From: a virus
IMG/VR virus record: IMGVR_UViG_3300000304_000008
Location: 5,363 to 69,362 of that record
Direction: 5' to 3' (one strand)
DNA: 64,000 bases
The position numbers and the translations under genes were made by a program. Below, one piece after another: positions 26,412-40,700 of this stretch. How positions within the stretch are numbered: the stretch's first letter is position 1; the number at the start of each line of letters is the position of its first letter. The notes beneath the pieces are model-generated. The model worked only from the letters and a program-made list of their open reading frames with translations. It had not been told where the DNA came from and did no database searches.

Positions 26412-29400
26412 TTATTTATCAAGCTGTGATTCAAGATATTGCCATTTAATACGTGCTCCTTGTGATTCCCAGGCTCCTCGTAAGCCAGGAACAGATTTTA
26501 TTAAAGTACGCTACCATTTTTCCATATCTTTATAATATCCAGATTTAATTACATCTGTTGAATAATTTTTATCAAATCCAAAAGGATTTACTAAATTTAA
26601 TGCATTTTCAAAAGGTGTAATAGCTGGTGAAACGTTTTTAATCTAATTAACTAAGTCTAAAGGATTATATTCTGAAAACTCTTCAAATCTTAAAGCATCT
26701 AAAGTATATCCTGTTATCTATTTTAACTAATTATCTTTATCTCTTTCAGCTTCTGGTTTTAGCCAGAAAGCTACCAACAGATATAACATTCCAACTATAC
26801 TTAACTACATTAAAATACGCTTCATATTATAATATTCAGGATTTGTATAACTTTTTTTATTTTGCTGTGTCTATTCTTTATTTCCTAGATGTTTTACAGA
26901 ATTATATAAGTTATATAACCATTTACCTATACCTACAAATCCAGATACATACTTAGCCTCATCATAATCTTCTATTAAAGGATTATACTAATAATTTTTA
27001 AATAAGTTTTCATTCATATTAACTATAAAGAAACTACGGTGCATTCCAATAGCAGCACCAATAGCATTTTGGAAAATAGAAAGTTTATCTTCTGTCTAAA
27101 GCTAACCATCTATACGAGAACACAATATGCTAGATATATTCTTTAAGCTCTACTAGATAGTTTTATCATTAATAGCTTCTGAATATTGTTCATACTCTGG
27201 TTTAATTACTAACTTACCATTTTTAACTTGATAAACGTCAAGCATAGAAATAGTATGAAGATGATTAAACCTTTTTCTTTTCTATTTTATTGTTTCATTT
27301 GGGAATAACTTTTCATACTAAGTAAATGTCATAAACTTACCATATTCAGGTATATACTTAGTATTAGCGTAAACTGATTCTACAATAGGTACTTTTACCA
27401 TAAAATCAGCAGCTTGCCAACCACCCCATACTAAATATTTATAAAATATTCTAAATAATCTATTATACTATAAACCTTCTACTTTTTCTCTAGTATCATG
27501 AGCTATACCATTATGTTCAAGTAAAGCATAAGATATATCATTTTCCATGGCATTACCTATATTAAGTAAACGCCAAGGAGTACGCCATAACTGTCTTAAA
27601 AATGATTTACTTAAGTCACTCATAGTATAGAACTATCCAGCAAAACCTTCTACAAAAAATTTATCAAATCCTTGTAATATACTTTTACCAATAGATAAGA
27701 AGTTATTACCTAAGTTAGAAGCACTAGCGTATCTCTAAATTAAACTAGCTAACTTAGTAACAGATATACTATATACTTTACCATTTCTTTTAAATTCCCA
27801 TGTCCAAGGTTTTGCAGTTCTACCGTATAATTGCATTTCTATATAGTCTCTTAGTCTATTAGAAGTATTAGATTGCTTACCTTCTATATTACTCTATATA
27901 AAATTATTAACATTCTATTTAGTAAAAGTACGAATATCGTATAAGTCCTATATAATGTCAAACTAAGATGCCTACTCATTCTTTAATCTATAGTTTTCAG
28001 CCATTCTACTATATTCAGATAACAGCCCAATTAAATTTCTAGATATATTTTCAGGATGTTCAAGCATCTTTACATAGTGAGTAGGTACTAGATTTAACTA
28101 TGTACCGTCTGCTTTAGTAATAGAATTATCTAAAGCAAATTGAGTATCATCGTTTCTAGCTACTATAGAGTCTCTTATCATAAAACCCAAGTTCTTAAAG
28201 AAGTTACCTTGTCTCATAGTAAAGTCTATAAAATCACCAGTAGCTTGTGGTAATCTATAGTTATCTCTTTTACTCATAAAGGATAACTTACTATTAGATT
28301 CATCCATAGTATCTACTATTAACTTATATATATCCTACTATGCTTTAGTTTTAGTAGCTTCTTCATAAGCTTTAGAATTATCATATAATTCTTTTTTAGG
28401 CTGATAATATTCAGGGTCTTCAAAATTATAATTAGGGTTAATCATATTAGAATTTTTATCCAATTCTTGATTCATCCTACTTAGTCTATATTCATACTTA
28501 AAACCCGAATCTTTATTAATTATTAATCTGGTATAATAAGAAGCTATTCTTTCGTTGCCTTTAGCGTCTCTATAATGATTGGCATTATACCATTTCTAAT
28601 AAGCTTCTTTTCCTTTAGCTTTAGCCTAAGCTTTATCTCTTTCATATGAAGTTGTCGGTATTATACTAGCTATTTTAAAGAATTCTTTATCTGCTTTACT
28701 ATGTTTTGAGCGTAATTCGTTAATCTATCTGTCTAATTCTAATATACGTTCTTTAGCTTGTTGCGTATATTTTTCAGCTATGTTTATAGGATTATTATTA
28801 TCTCTACCTAATTGCAATAGCTATCTTCTTTCTTCATATAACTAATCATATAAAGCCTAATCTGAACCAAAATCAACAGTACTTAAACCTTTTATTGCTT
28901 TAATAAAATCTTCTGGAAACTATAAACTTATATTACGTCTAAACCATTTTTCATATAGTTCTGGACTTAATTCTTTTTGTTTTTGTTCCATAAGTTTTAA
29001 CACCTATTCTTGAGTCATAGTTTTAGATTTAATATTACCCTATCCTATAGAATCATAAAATCTCTAAAACTCTTTAGCTATTTGTAAATCTTCGCCCTAT
29101 TTTAAATTACCATCTAAATCATAATCGTTAGATAAATTCTTTTTCATAGAATAAAGTTTATCTAATCTAGCCCATTCACTTTCAGATAACTGCTCAAGAT
29201 GAGGTCCATCCTAATCTGTTACACCTTCTATTATTGCAGATATTTGTTCAGAATATATTTTTGATTTTTCTCTAGCCAACTGACTTAACTTGTTATATTC
29301 TTGATAATATGCATTTTTAAATTTACGTTCACAGTGTTTTTCAAGCCATTCTTCCTTTTCTTTGCAATAATTAATAAAATCATCACCTTCTAACAGATAA

Positions 29401-31733
29401 TAATTCTAGTCTACTACTCCATATCTAGAATCTAAATCCGATAAAAATTCATGATAATCTTTTTTAAACTATCCATAATTTAAGGGTCTTACTAAATAAC
29501 CAGTTGCTTTACCATCTTTATCTTTCTCAAAGTATAATAACTACTGTGATTTAGTTATATTACTAAATGACCTAATTAAATCTTGTGTTTTATTATTAGT
29601 AAACCACTATACTTGACTATTTATATCCGTCATCATTCTATTTACCATTCTGATACCCATGTCAGAAGCATTAGAAGCAAACTATAAATAACGATATATA
29701 ACATTCATATCCTTAGCAGAATTGTTTAATTTATCATTTATAAACTATTCTACTTCGTCGGTTTTAAATCCGTATTGCTATCCTTTTTCTTTAAAGATAT
29801 TTATCACTCTTTGTTTAAGTAAAAAGTTGTATTTACCCTATATTTCTTGATATGCTTTATTGATTAATGATAAATTATTTTTAATATTCTCTATCTACTC
29901 TGGAGACAGATTATTAAAGTAACCCTAAAAGAATAGTTTTCTATTTATATCTTCAGTAATAGGACCGTAGAAATCTAAGAAGTCATTTTTAAAGTTCTTT
30001 AAATCATCATTTGTAAGTATATTAGGATTAGATACAGCTTTTCTAATTATATTTAACACTGGTCTAAACTACTAAGATGCACGTGTTATAAACTCTGATA
30101 ACACTTCCTAGTCTTCACCTTTCTATAACTATAAAGTATACCTTGCTATATCCTACTGTAATTTAGTAATCTATACTGGAGATTTATCACGTGATTTTAA
30201 AGCCTTTTCTGATGCTTTAAGACCGTTCATAGCTTTTTTTATGATGTTGTCAGCTTCTCCTTTCAACCAAGAGTAATCTACATCTGTCTAATAAAACAAT
30301 TCTTCTCCTGTATCTTCTAAATCAGGGTCTAATTTACGGTTATTTACAGCATCTTGTATGGCATTATATGCAGAATATACATCATTAGGCTATAGTTTAT
30401 TAGCCATTTTAGTGAGTTTTAAGGCATTTAAAAGTGAGAATAGTATTCTCCTCCACCATGACATGTTTTTCTTGATTACAGCGTCTCTAAACGCCTTATT
30501 TACGTATAACTCTGATATAAACTCCTATGGACTTGTTAAACCATAGTATAAACCTTTTCTTTTATATTTAGATTTAGGGAACTATTCTGATACTTTGTTA
30601 AATAAGTTATCTATTTTACTTTTAAAGAAAGTATTATTCTTATACTGATTAATAGTAAAATGATGAAGTAATTCATGCATATAAGCATTAGTAATATCAT
30701 AATTACTAAGACTATTAAAAGAGTCTATATTTACTCTAATAACACCATTCTAGTAAGACATTACATAATCTTTATTATTTACCAATTCTACCTATACATC
30801 ATCAGCTAAATTATCAAATAAAGACTAAGCTAACTAATACTGTTCTTCTGTTAGTATATTATTATTTAATATATTATTTAATACTGATTTAGCAGATTGC
30901 TATCTGGTATTAAACAATTTACCTATACCCTACTTACCAGCATAATATGAATTAGTTTGTTTAGTAGATATATTATCTTTTATATAATTATATATATTAT
31001 TATCAGTAAGAGAGAACTAACCATTATTGTCTATAGATTTTATTTGATTAGAGTTAAACACAACAAACTCAGTAGAATTGTTCCAACTACTAGTAGCTAA
31101 TCCGTCTATATTTTGGCTCTTTAATTTTTCTACATCTTCTTGTGTTATATCTTGATAATTAATATAATTTTTATCGAACAACTTGTTTATATTTTTTAAA
31201 AACTATAGACCGTAAAACTATACTTGTTTTATATTCTATATATTTTTAGCAGATATAAATACTGGATATATCTATTTATTTTTACGATAAGCCTCAGCAT
31301 ATTGTTCTGCTACTTTCGGTTTGTTTATAAAATATATTCCCATCTAGTTGCTACGATTTAACACCGTGCTATGTAATCCAGCATATTTTTTTGGCAAATC
31401 TTTTGGATTAACGAATTGTTCTATACCCTATGGTCCACCGTGATATACTATCATCGGTTCATTATTTTCGTCTATTACTTTAGAACCGTAAAACCACTAT
31501 CTAAATTCATTAGATAGTGTTTTAGCTTTAGCTTTTATAGCCTTATTTCTATCTTTATAATAGTCATATAAGTCATTAAATAGCTTAGACTATGCCCCAT
31601 TAGGGGCATAATCCAAACTATAACCATTATTCTAATCCCATACATAATAAGCTGTATTCTCACCTAGAACAGAGACAAGCTCATCAAATTCTTTTTTAAC
31701 CTAAGGATTACTTAAATTTGGACATATTATCAT
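26412..31733 (-). CDS. large virion ejection/cargo protein (1,773 aa, TAG=Gln) with ART-PolyVal-like and zincin HExxH domains
   Basis: Starts MIICPNLSNPQVKKEFDEL; one frame to triple TAA when TAG is read through; WFYGSKVIDENNEPMIVYHG...VVFNSNQIKSIDNNG; MHELLHH. Confidence 0.8.
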
Positions 31734-31735
31734 AA

Positions 31736-34700
31736 TTATTCTCCTTTACAATTTTTCTTAATCTGTTCACCATCTCTATTCATCTATTCTATATCTGGGT
31801 CACTTTGTAACTCAGATTCATCAAATGTAGCAAAATCTGCCAAGTTAAATGGTTTAGTTGGTTGTTGCTGTTCTTGTACCTATTGAACTGTTGATTCAGT
31901 TTGAATTTGGACAGAACCAAATGTTTTCTAGAATACTTGTTCAATAGCATTGATACCTTTATCTGTTATTTCCCTAGTACCAATACCAGCAAATTTAGGT
32001 GTTAACGTAGGTATGTCTTCAGCTACAAACGTATTATCGTTGTAATCAAATCTATACCATTGGTCATACACCTAATCATATACATGAATAGGTTTGTGCA
32101 AATCAATACCCATTTGAACAGCATAACCAGTACCACCATCTACACTAGGTATAGTGCTACGTACAGTATATCCTTTAGAATTCTTTTCACCAGGTCTTAA
32201 TATATGACCTATAGCAAATATAGAATCAGCAGCTTTAGCTTGTAGATAATCTCTACGTACTAATTTACCAGCTGTAGTATTGCCGTTTAATACTTTTCTA
32301 CCTAGCCTGTTTGCAGCAGCAGTATATTGTGTTTCTACTTCCTGCATCTATTCTGGAGTAAGAACATCCAACGTTTCAGGTCTATAGTGTCTTATCTTAC
32401 CTATATTATACTTACTAGCTATTTCACCCCATTTAGTATCAGCTCCTACTGCTCCACCAGAATATAAATGATAATCTTTTGGATTAGCAGATTGTTCTAT
32501 TTGAGTCTATTCTGAAAGCTAAGTATTATTATTATCTCTTATATAGTTTAGTAATTCCTGATATTTTTGCTGCAAATAATTATAGATTTTAGGTACTCTT
32601 TGCTATGTAATTTCACTTATAGGACCATTAAACAATACATCTCCACGACCAAATACTAATTGTTTATATCTACCAGTATCCCATTTACGTTTGATGTATT
32701 CTATTTCTGCGTCAATAGTAGTCTTAAATTCATCAAACGCATTATCTGTCCATCTCCCAGATTTACCTTTAGCTCCTTCATGATACCATCTCTAAGTACT
32801 AATTGGCATAGCGTTATTTAACCCTCTAATTACAGCTTGTGTTTCTTTAGTAGGATAATGTTTATTTTTACCATATTTTTGGGCATATTCTGAGTCAGGG
32901 TCTATTAAATTTCTGCCTGAATCTCTGTCTGTATTATCAGTAAAGATAAATAGTTTATCTTTTTGATTTTCTACCTCTCTTCTAGTCCAATTATGGTCGT
33001 AATTAGTAACAATATTTTGGTCAGTTATTACTTCTCTAGTACCTGTAATAGCATGACTAGTTAATACTACAACATTATCTTTAGCTCTACTCATAGCAAC
33101 ATATTTTAATTGCTGTTTAACTAATGGGTCACTAAACCTATCAATAGTATCAGCATATATTAAAACGTTATTATAAGTACCACCTTGAGATTTATGTATA
33201 GTATGAGCATAACCATAATCTAATGCTTTATGTAATAACAACCTATTACCAGAACCAGTATAATCTCGCATAAGTACAGTAGAAGCTTCAAATTGTGATT
33301 TTAACTACATTAATTTATTAGCTAAATCGTAATTATGGTCCATAAATGCTTGACTAATTTGGGTATTAATGTATTTCAAATCGTCAGATAATTTCTATAA
33401 AGTTTCATCATCTGTATCATTACTTACTACAAATACTGTTCTCTTACGATTATCTTCAGGTCTAGCATTAGCTTCGTCTAATACAACATTATATCCTTTT
33501 ACTTTAACTTTAGATAAACCTACAGTTCTAGTTTGTTGCTCACTAACTTCAGATACTACATAGTCAATACTGTTTGCTATCAACTAAGCTCCATCCATAT
33601 CTGGGTCTAGTACATTACTATAACCCATCATTACATCTCCTACTTCTATCTACTTAGGATTATCCCCAAACAATATCCTTCTTACTCTATTGTTAGCATC
33701 AGAAATCATATCATTTGTAGCACTAAGTATTCTAAAGTATAATGGATTAGTTTTAAACTCAGCAGAATTAACAATAGTATCTATTACTTCGTTTGCTCTA
33801 TCTGTAGAATTAGTAAACTCGACATTGTCTCTGGTTTCATAACTAAAGTCTTGTTTGTTACGTAATCTAGTAGATTCTGCTAATATTGCATTATCACCAG
33901 TTCTTTCTACCTTAGTTAACTATAACTTAGTGTAATTACCAGTAAATACAGGAGATATAGTGTCATCATTAACAGGAGCTAACTGCGCATCGTCACCTAC
34001 ATAAATAATTTTTACATTGTGGTTATTTTTATAGTCTTCAATAAACTAGAACAAACCTTTACTAATCATAGATGCTTCATCTATAATTAATACACTTCCA
34101 TCTTTTAATTTAGGTCTATTACGTTGTTGATTCTTTAATTTACGTAAATCATAGTTACCGTCAGTTAAATCAATTACATTAGTAAGACCAAATAATGAAT
34201 GTAAAGTACTTACATCTGCTTCAGGGTTATTCATTCTAGTAACAGCATTAGCTCTATGAGTTGGTGCTGAATACTTAGGCTTTATATACTTAGATTTAAG
34301 ATATTTGTCAAATATACCTATTAATGTAGATTTACCAGTACCAGCATATCCACACAAAGTAATTACGTTACTATACTTTTTAGGATTAGTAACAAAATCT
34401 TCAAGTACTAATAAAGCTTTAGTCTATTGTTCATTTAATTTAAATGGTATGTTTACTTTAGTACCATCTTTAAATGTAAATACATTAGCTTCTGTTTGTT
34501 CTACTTCAATCTAATCACCCTAATCTGTCTACGTAGTATAATCTTGGGTAGATTCAGTATTTAACCCTAACGTTAATAAATTAGTATATAATGCCTATGT
34601 TACAGGAGTTATATCATTTACAGCAACGAAACTATTTTTTATTTCAGTTATCCAATTATTAACATCTGTTTCATATCCTAATTTCTAAATAGTATTTATT

Positions 34701-37700
34701 ACTGATTCTGGAGTGATTATACTATTACCAGATATAGCATTCTTAATATTATTAAAATCAAATATACTATCAGAAGAATTATTATACTCTTTTATTACTC
34801 TACCACCTTGATTTAAACCTTTTTTATAAGTTATAACATATAAAGGTGTTTCATTACCTTTATTATTTAATACTGTACCAACATATTTGTAAAGTAATAT
34901 ACCTTCTGGAGTAGTTCTATCTACTACTACTTTCACATAAGGAGTATACAAAGGTTGTTCTAAACTATTTTTACCGACAGTCGGTCTATTAGGATTAAGC
35001 ACAATAGGTACTCTAATCTTAGAATTATTTATAGTAATATCACCATATAGTATAGGAAATCTATCAGCATCATATACTTCACCTACTTCTTCATCAAACT
35101 ACTATATTTTAGTATCTATAGTAGGTACTATTTTACTATTATTCCAGTTATTTAAAAATAAATCATTATAATTTAAATCTGCTTCGGTAAAATTCTTTAC
35201 AGCGTTGTCTATATATGAAGCATAACCACTATTTAAAATAGCAGAAACTGGCAATAAATTCCATATACCGTTCTTAGTAAAGTTACCAGCAGTTGTTGCT
35301 AACTAATAATCGATTAAATCATTGGCAAAATTCCTAATTTCCTCATGTGGAGATTCTAATAACTCTTCCCAATATAATTTAAGGTCTTGTTTTAAGAATT
35401 TATCAGTTTCATTTACTCTGTTAGTAGCTATAATAGCAGGCGCATTATAAGCGTCTGTACTAAATCTAGCTAAACTAGTTAAATGGTCTAATAATTTATT
35501 AGCTATTTTACCATCTGCTGTTAACAATTCAGGATATTTACCTTGTATAATATCGTTTTTAATGTTAGCTAATCTCTAAGCCATAGAGTTTTTGCCGTAA
35601 AACATATTATATAAGTTAAATCCATCAATATTGTTTAAGAATTTCCACCTAATCTAACCTTCTAATTCGTTAGATATTGTTTTGTTTAGAGCTTCGTCGT
35701 TTACATTATCCATTCGTGTTAAAGTTAACACTTTAGTTACAGAATCTTTAAACGATTGTTTACTTCTAAACATAGTATCCTAGAATATAGAAGCTGGTAA
35801 TATCATACCATTTATAGCTTTAGTAAGTAAGAAAGATTCAGCAAAGTATTTTTCTACATCAGCTCTATTAAACAGCGTAGTAGTATTTAAGAAAGATTTA
35901 AGACGATACATAAATCTATCTTGTTCTACAAAATTACCACCGTATCTTTTAGTATCGATTTGCGACAGCTAAACTAATTTAGACATATCCTAAGCTAATG
36001 TGTTTAACTATAAGAATATTTCAGAATATCTTAGCTAGTCTCTATAATATTTAGCTTGCACGTCTGCATCTGCTGTATCTATAGCAGATGTATCTAATAA
36101 TGCGTCTATAAGGTAATCTCTACCCATCATTACAGGTGCATAATCTTCTATTTTTACATTATTACGGTCTATTAAATTACCTCTGTCATTAAAATCTAAT
36201 TCTACAGGTACACCAGATTTAGCACAAGCTTCTGTATATTTTTTATAGTAATCTCTACGTATGTTACGTATCTCTTCATTTACTATAGAAGTTTTACTAC
36301 CTCCTTTCACACCATATATACCGTTAGCTCTTTCATAAGCTAATGCCATCTATTTAAGTATTGGTTGTGGTAAGAAGTAAAACGTATTTTTACCAAATCC
36401 AGCTCTAAGTAAGAAGTTACAAATATTATAAGTATATTGACGTACATTAAGTCTAATAACGTATGGGTCTTTAGCAACGTCTACGTGAGCGTTAATCATT
36501 GCTGAAATCCAATCCAATATATTAAGACCTTCTTCCTATATCATTATAGGAACGCCGTTATCATCGTATTTTATATTACCGTATTTGTCTCTTTTATATA
36601 CAGTTTCATTTTGAGATTTAATACCATTCAAACCAGTAAAACCAAGCGATTTTAATAACGTATTATCTTTAAATATTAAATTGGTTAACTAAGTTATTAC
36701 ATGGTTTTTATTATTTAATGCAAAAGGTCCAATACCTGTTTTACCTCCACTATACTCATACTTCTTATTCATCTAGAAAGTAGGAGATAATTCTAAGAAT
36801 GGAACTTCATCACCTTTCTTCTAATTACTGTCTACTACAGGTAATATTTCATTTTTAATTACACCTGTTACTTTGTCAAGAGGTAATCTTGTTTCAGTAA
36901 TGTTTTTATCATCAGTTAATACTAGCATATATGTATCTAATAGTAAATTTTCATTTGCTTCTCTACTATTAGCTTCATATACATTAGTAGGATTACCTAA
37001 TCTGTTTAACCAGTTATTAAACAGTCTCATAGTAGCTTCTTGACCTCTTTCAGAACCTTCAAAGCTACCACCTTCTTCTTCAATGTATCTGCGTTTTAAA
37101 TAGTCTTCAAAAGATTCATCTTTCTACAATCCTTTAAATTCTATTTTATTACCATCTTTGTCAAAATTGTAACGGGCGATGTATAATTTATCAATCGGTT
37201 ATCTTTATACTTTCATATAAAGCCTGACTATATCTTCAGTCTGACAACTGCTCCCCATTTCGCTTTTCCAGCTACTCTACTCACTTCTTCACCTTTCGGT
37301 TATGCTTTCGATAGTCGATGAACTTTTACCTAAACGGCACTTAGCTGCTGATTGTCCAATCTTACTTTTCTTAAACATTCGCACTTACCTTTTCAAGTTA
37401 TGCTGTAGTAAGTAAGCTCTAAGGAGTTTCCAGCAATTAAAGGAGTTTTACTTTAACGTTGTTGTATAATTAATACAATTTTCTACCATCAAAATCTGAG
37501 CCCGTTTGAGTAGTAAACTCATCGGGTAATACAATTATATCACCAACATTGCTAGGTAATACATCTTTAATATGTAAACCAGCAATAGATGATAAACCTT
37601 GAGTAGGAATACGATAACCCATAGCTATAGGTCCAGCATTGTCACCTATAAGATTATGAGCTATCAACCATTGCTTAGCTTCACTAAATGATTTTTTATC

Positions 37701-40700
37701 AAAATCAGGTATAATGTGTCTAAATAGATTAATACTAATTTCGCAATCCATACTACCGTCATCACGTACATTTATTAATCTACTAGATTCTACTCCTATT
37801 TTCTTAAAACCAAATGAAGACATCTAAATAAATGCTCCACCTGGTAATTCAATATCTACTGCTTTCTTGTTAGCAGTAGAAGTAAGAGTAGTTTCTACCC
37901 ATTTACTATCTGGTAATGCAGCTAAAGGTACAGTTAAACCATCTTTATCGTCATTTACAGCTAACGCTGCTTCCAAGTCTCTACCCATATTTGATGAACG
38001 AGCTGCCCTAACTAATACATCAGAAGTTTTGGACCAATCTAACTCTCCATCCGTAAGGAACATTTCCCTCATTTGCTCTGCACCTTTATTAGATATAGCA
38101 TTAATTGTACCAAATAACTGGTTTTTTAACTGTTGCCCAGTACGTTGCATGTCTTCAGGTTTACCTTCACCATACACTCTATCCATTTTAAGATTGGCTA
38201 CAGCCACAGTTGATACCTAAGTACCAAATAACTACCTTTCATGAGTATGTGGGTCTGTTATTAACTGTCTACGAAGATTCCTAAACTCCTATATAGTAGT
38301 ATGTATATTTGTTAAATCATTTATCTATTCGTTATTATAATCTTTGTAGAAGTTCTGTCCACCTTCTATACCTACTTTAACAGCCGACTCAAACGCAATC
38401 TAATCTATAGGTTTAAGACCTGCGTATTTGCCAACAGCGTTCATTCGTTCGTAAATGTCTAAATTATCACCATTTGCTAATACTTTAAACATAGGGAACA
38501 TTGCCATTTTATTAAATACAGGTACGTTGTGCTATAGATTATTATCGTATCTATATCCAAAATAAGTAGTTTTAAGAGCCTTTATAAGTGTTTTAAGAGA
38601 CTTTTGATATAATACAGGGTCGTTTAACCAATCTTCCGCTGATTCAAGTATATCATAAGCTTCTTTTACTTCATCAGACCATTCACCAAGCATTCTAATT
38701 ATGTCTTGATACATCTGTGGTCTAATATATACAGCAGCATCGGCTTGATTAATGTTACCCTATCCGTCACTTAAACCATAAGCGTCTGCATCTTCTTTAG
38801 CGAGATTACCAGCTAATTCGTATATAAAAGGATATTGTTCTTTAGCAGACTCTTGATTCTTCATCAGTTCATCTACCTGAGATTCAGTAAGACCTTCTTT
38901 CTCTATTAACAAGTTTCTAACATTAGCATAAGTAAACTTATCTAATAAAGTTTGATACTATTTAGAAGGTATCATATTATCATTGAATATGGCACAAGTA
39001 TAAGTCTACCTAGCTTGTAATCTTCTATATTCAGGTGTGAACTGAGGATTGTTAGTTAACCATTGAGTACGCATATTATCTCCAGTAGATAATACAGCTC
39101 CAAGGCGTTTAATCTAGTCATCAGTATCTTTATAGAAAGCTAAATCACCTGTAAATATCTTTTCTGTTTCTAACTTAGAAACATTAGCATTTAACATGTG
39201 ATTACCAATCATAGTCATTACTGCATACCTATCAGCATTATTACGTATAGCTTGATTTGGAGAATTTATATACCAACTTTTAACTTCTTCATACACTCTA
39301 GAATCCATTAATTTATTACTTAATTTTTTAGGATTAGTAGAATCTCTATTAATTAGTCCTAAATTACAAGCAGTTTCTAATTCGTTCTAAAGTTCTAAGA
39401 ATAGATTATTATTTATTCTACCTTCTGTATATTCTATTTTATCTTGAGTAAATAAATCCTATCTTATCTATTCTAATGTTTCTAATACTGTACCATTCTT
39501 TATACCAGCATCTATAATCTTATTTAAATCTATATAAGTACGCTTACCATTTACTACTTCATAATAACCTTTAAAATGTCTAAACTTACCACCAAGGTTT
39601 TTAGTGTGATAATTTTTAATTTTAGTAGTCACATTGGGTAATGATTTCCAGTACTGAACTATAGATTCAAATTCATCTTTCCAGTATCCATACATCTAGT
39701 CTAACGCTTCCTGGTCAAACTATATGTATAAAGAACCATCTTCTTGCTATGTTATGTTAAATGGTTTGTTAAACAAAGTACACCCAGATATTACATTCCA
39801 AGTTTTCTTATCTGCCATAGTAGGGAATATGATAAAATTATTCCACGTTAACGACATTTTTAACACGTAATCCTCTGTAGGCGATACTTGTAAATATTCC
39901 CTACCTTTATCACCACTATTGTTACCATAAAAATTAATAAATGTGTGTAATTTTATAGGGTGATTAGAATTTACTGCTGATTTTATTAAAGATGAATTAC
40001 AATATATGTCATTATTTATACCAGTTAAAGTAGAAGCGTCGTGTTCATTAAGTCTACGGACTAAATCAGTACAATAATTATTTTGTGTTTTTAAATAAAA
40101 TATATTGTTGTTAGGTCCTAACACATTTAGTTCGTTATTCTATGGAGCAGCAGTAGCCTGGGCATATGCAATCCTATTTATAATGTGGTCTGCTCTACGT
40201 CTAGTGTATATCTAATCTAATTGTACTGCTCTACTAGGTTTGTCCGAAGCAATATCTGCTAATATTACATCAAATATAGCACTTAACGTATTAACATCAC
40301 TACTTCTACGTCTAGATACTAATTGTACTAAATTACGTTTTCTATCTCCTCTTAATAATTCTTCAATAGCCTCATTGTCTACCTAAATACCAACAGAATT
40401 TAACAAAGCAACTATACCGTTACGATATACGTCTATATCAGTATCAGTCATAGTGGCAGAGTTTTTAAATATATCTTTTACTAACTAATCATATTCTTCT
40501 ACTATTTTTCTAATTACTTTTTTATCTACTGTAATTTCAGTATCAGATTGCTTTACTAACGGAGAATTAAAGAAAACAGATGACCAAGCAGTAGGTAACA
40601 TTCTAATAGTACTCTTAATTGTACTATCTGTTACTTTAAACTAACCAACGCCATTTTTATCGGTAAAATAACTTACTTCTATTGGATTAAGACTAGCAGA

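Noticed and set aside
37470-37823. RNAP fragment ending GSDFDGRKLY as a true C-terminus or frameshift pseudogene
   Set aside because: GRKLY is read from intron sequence; splicing restores DFDIDKLY.
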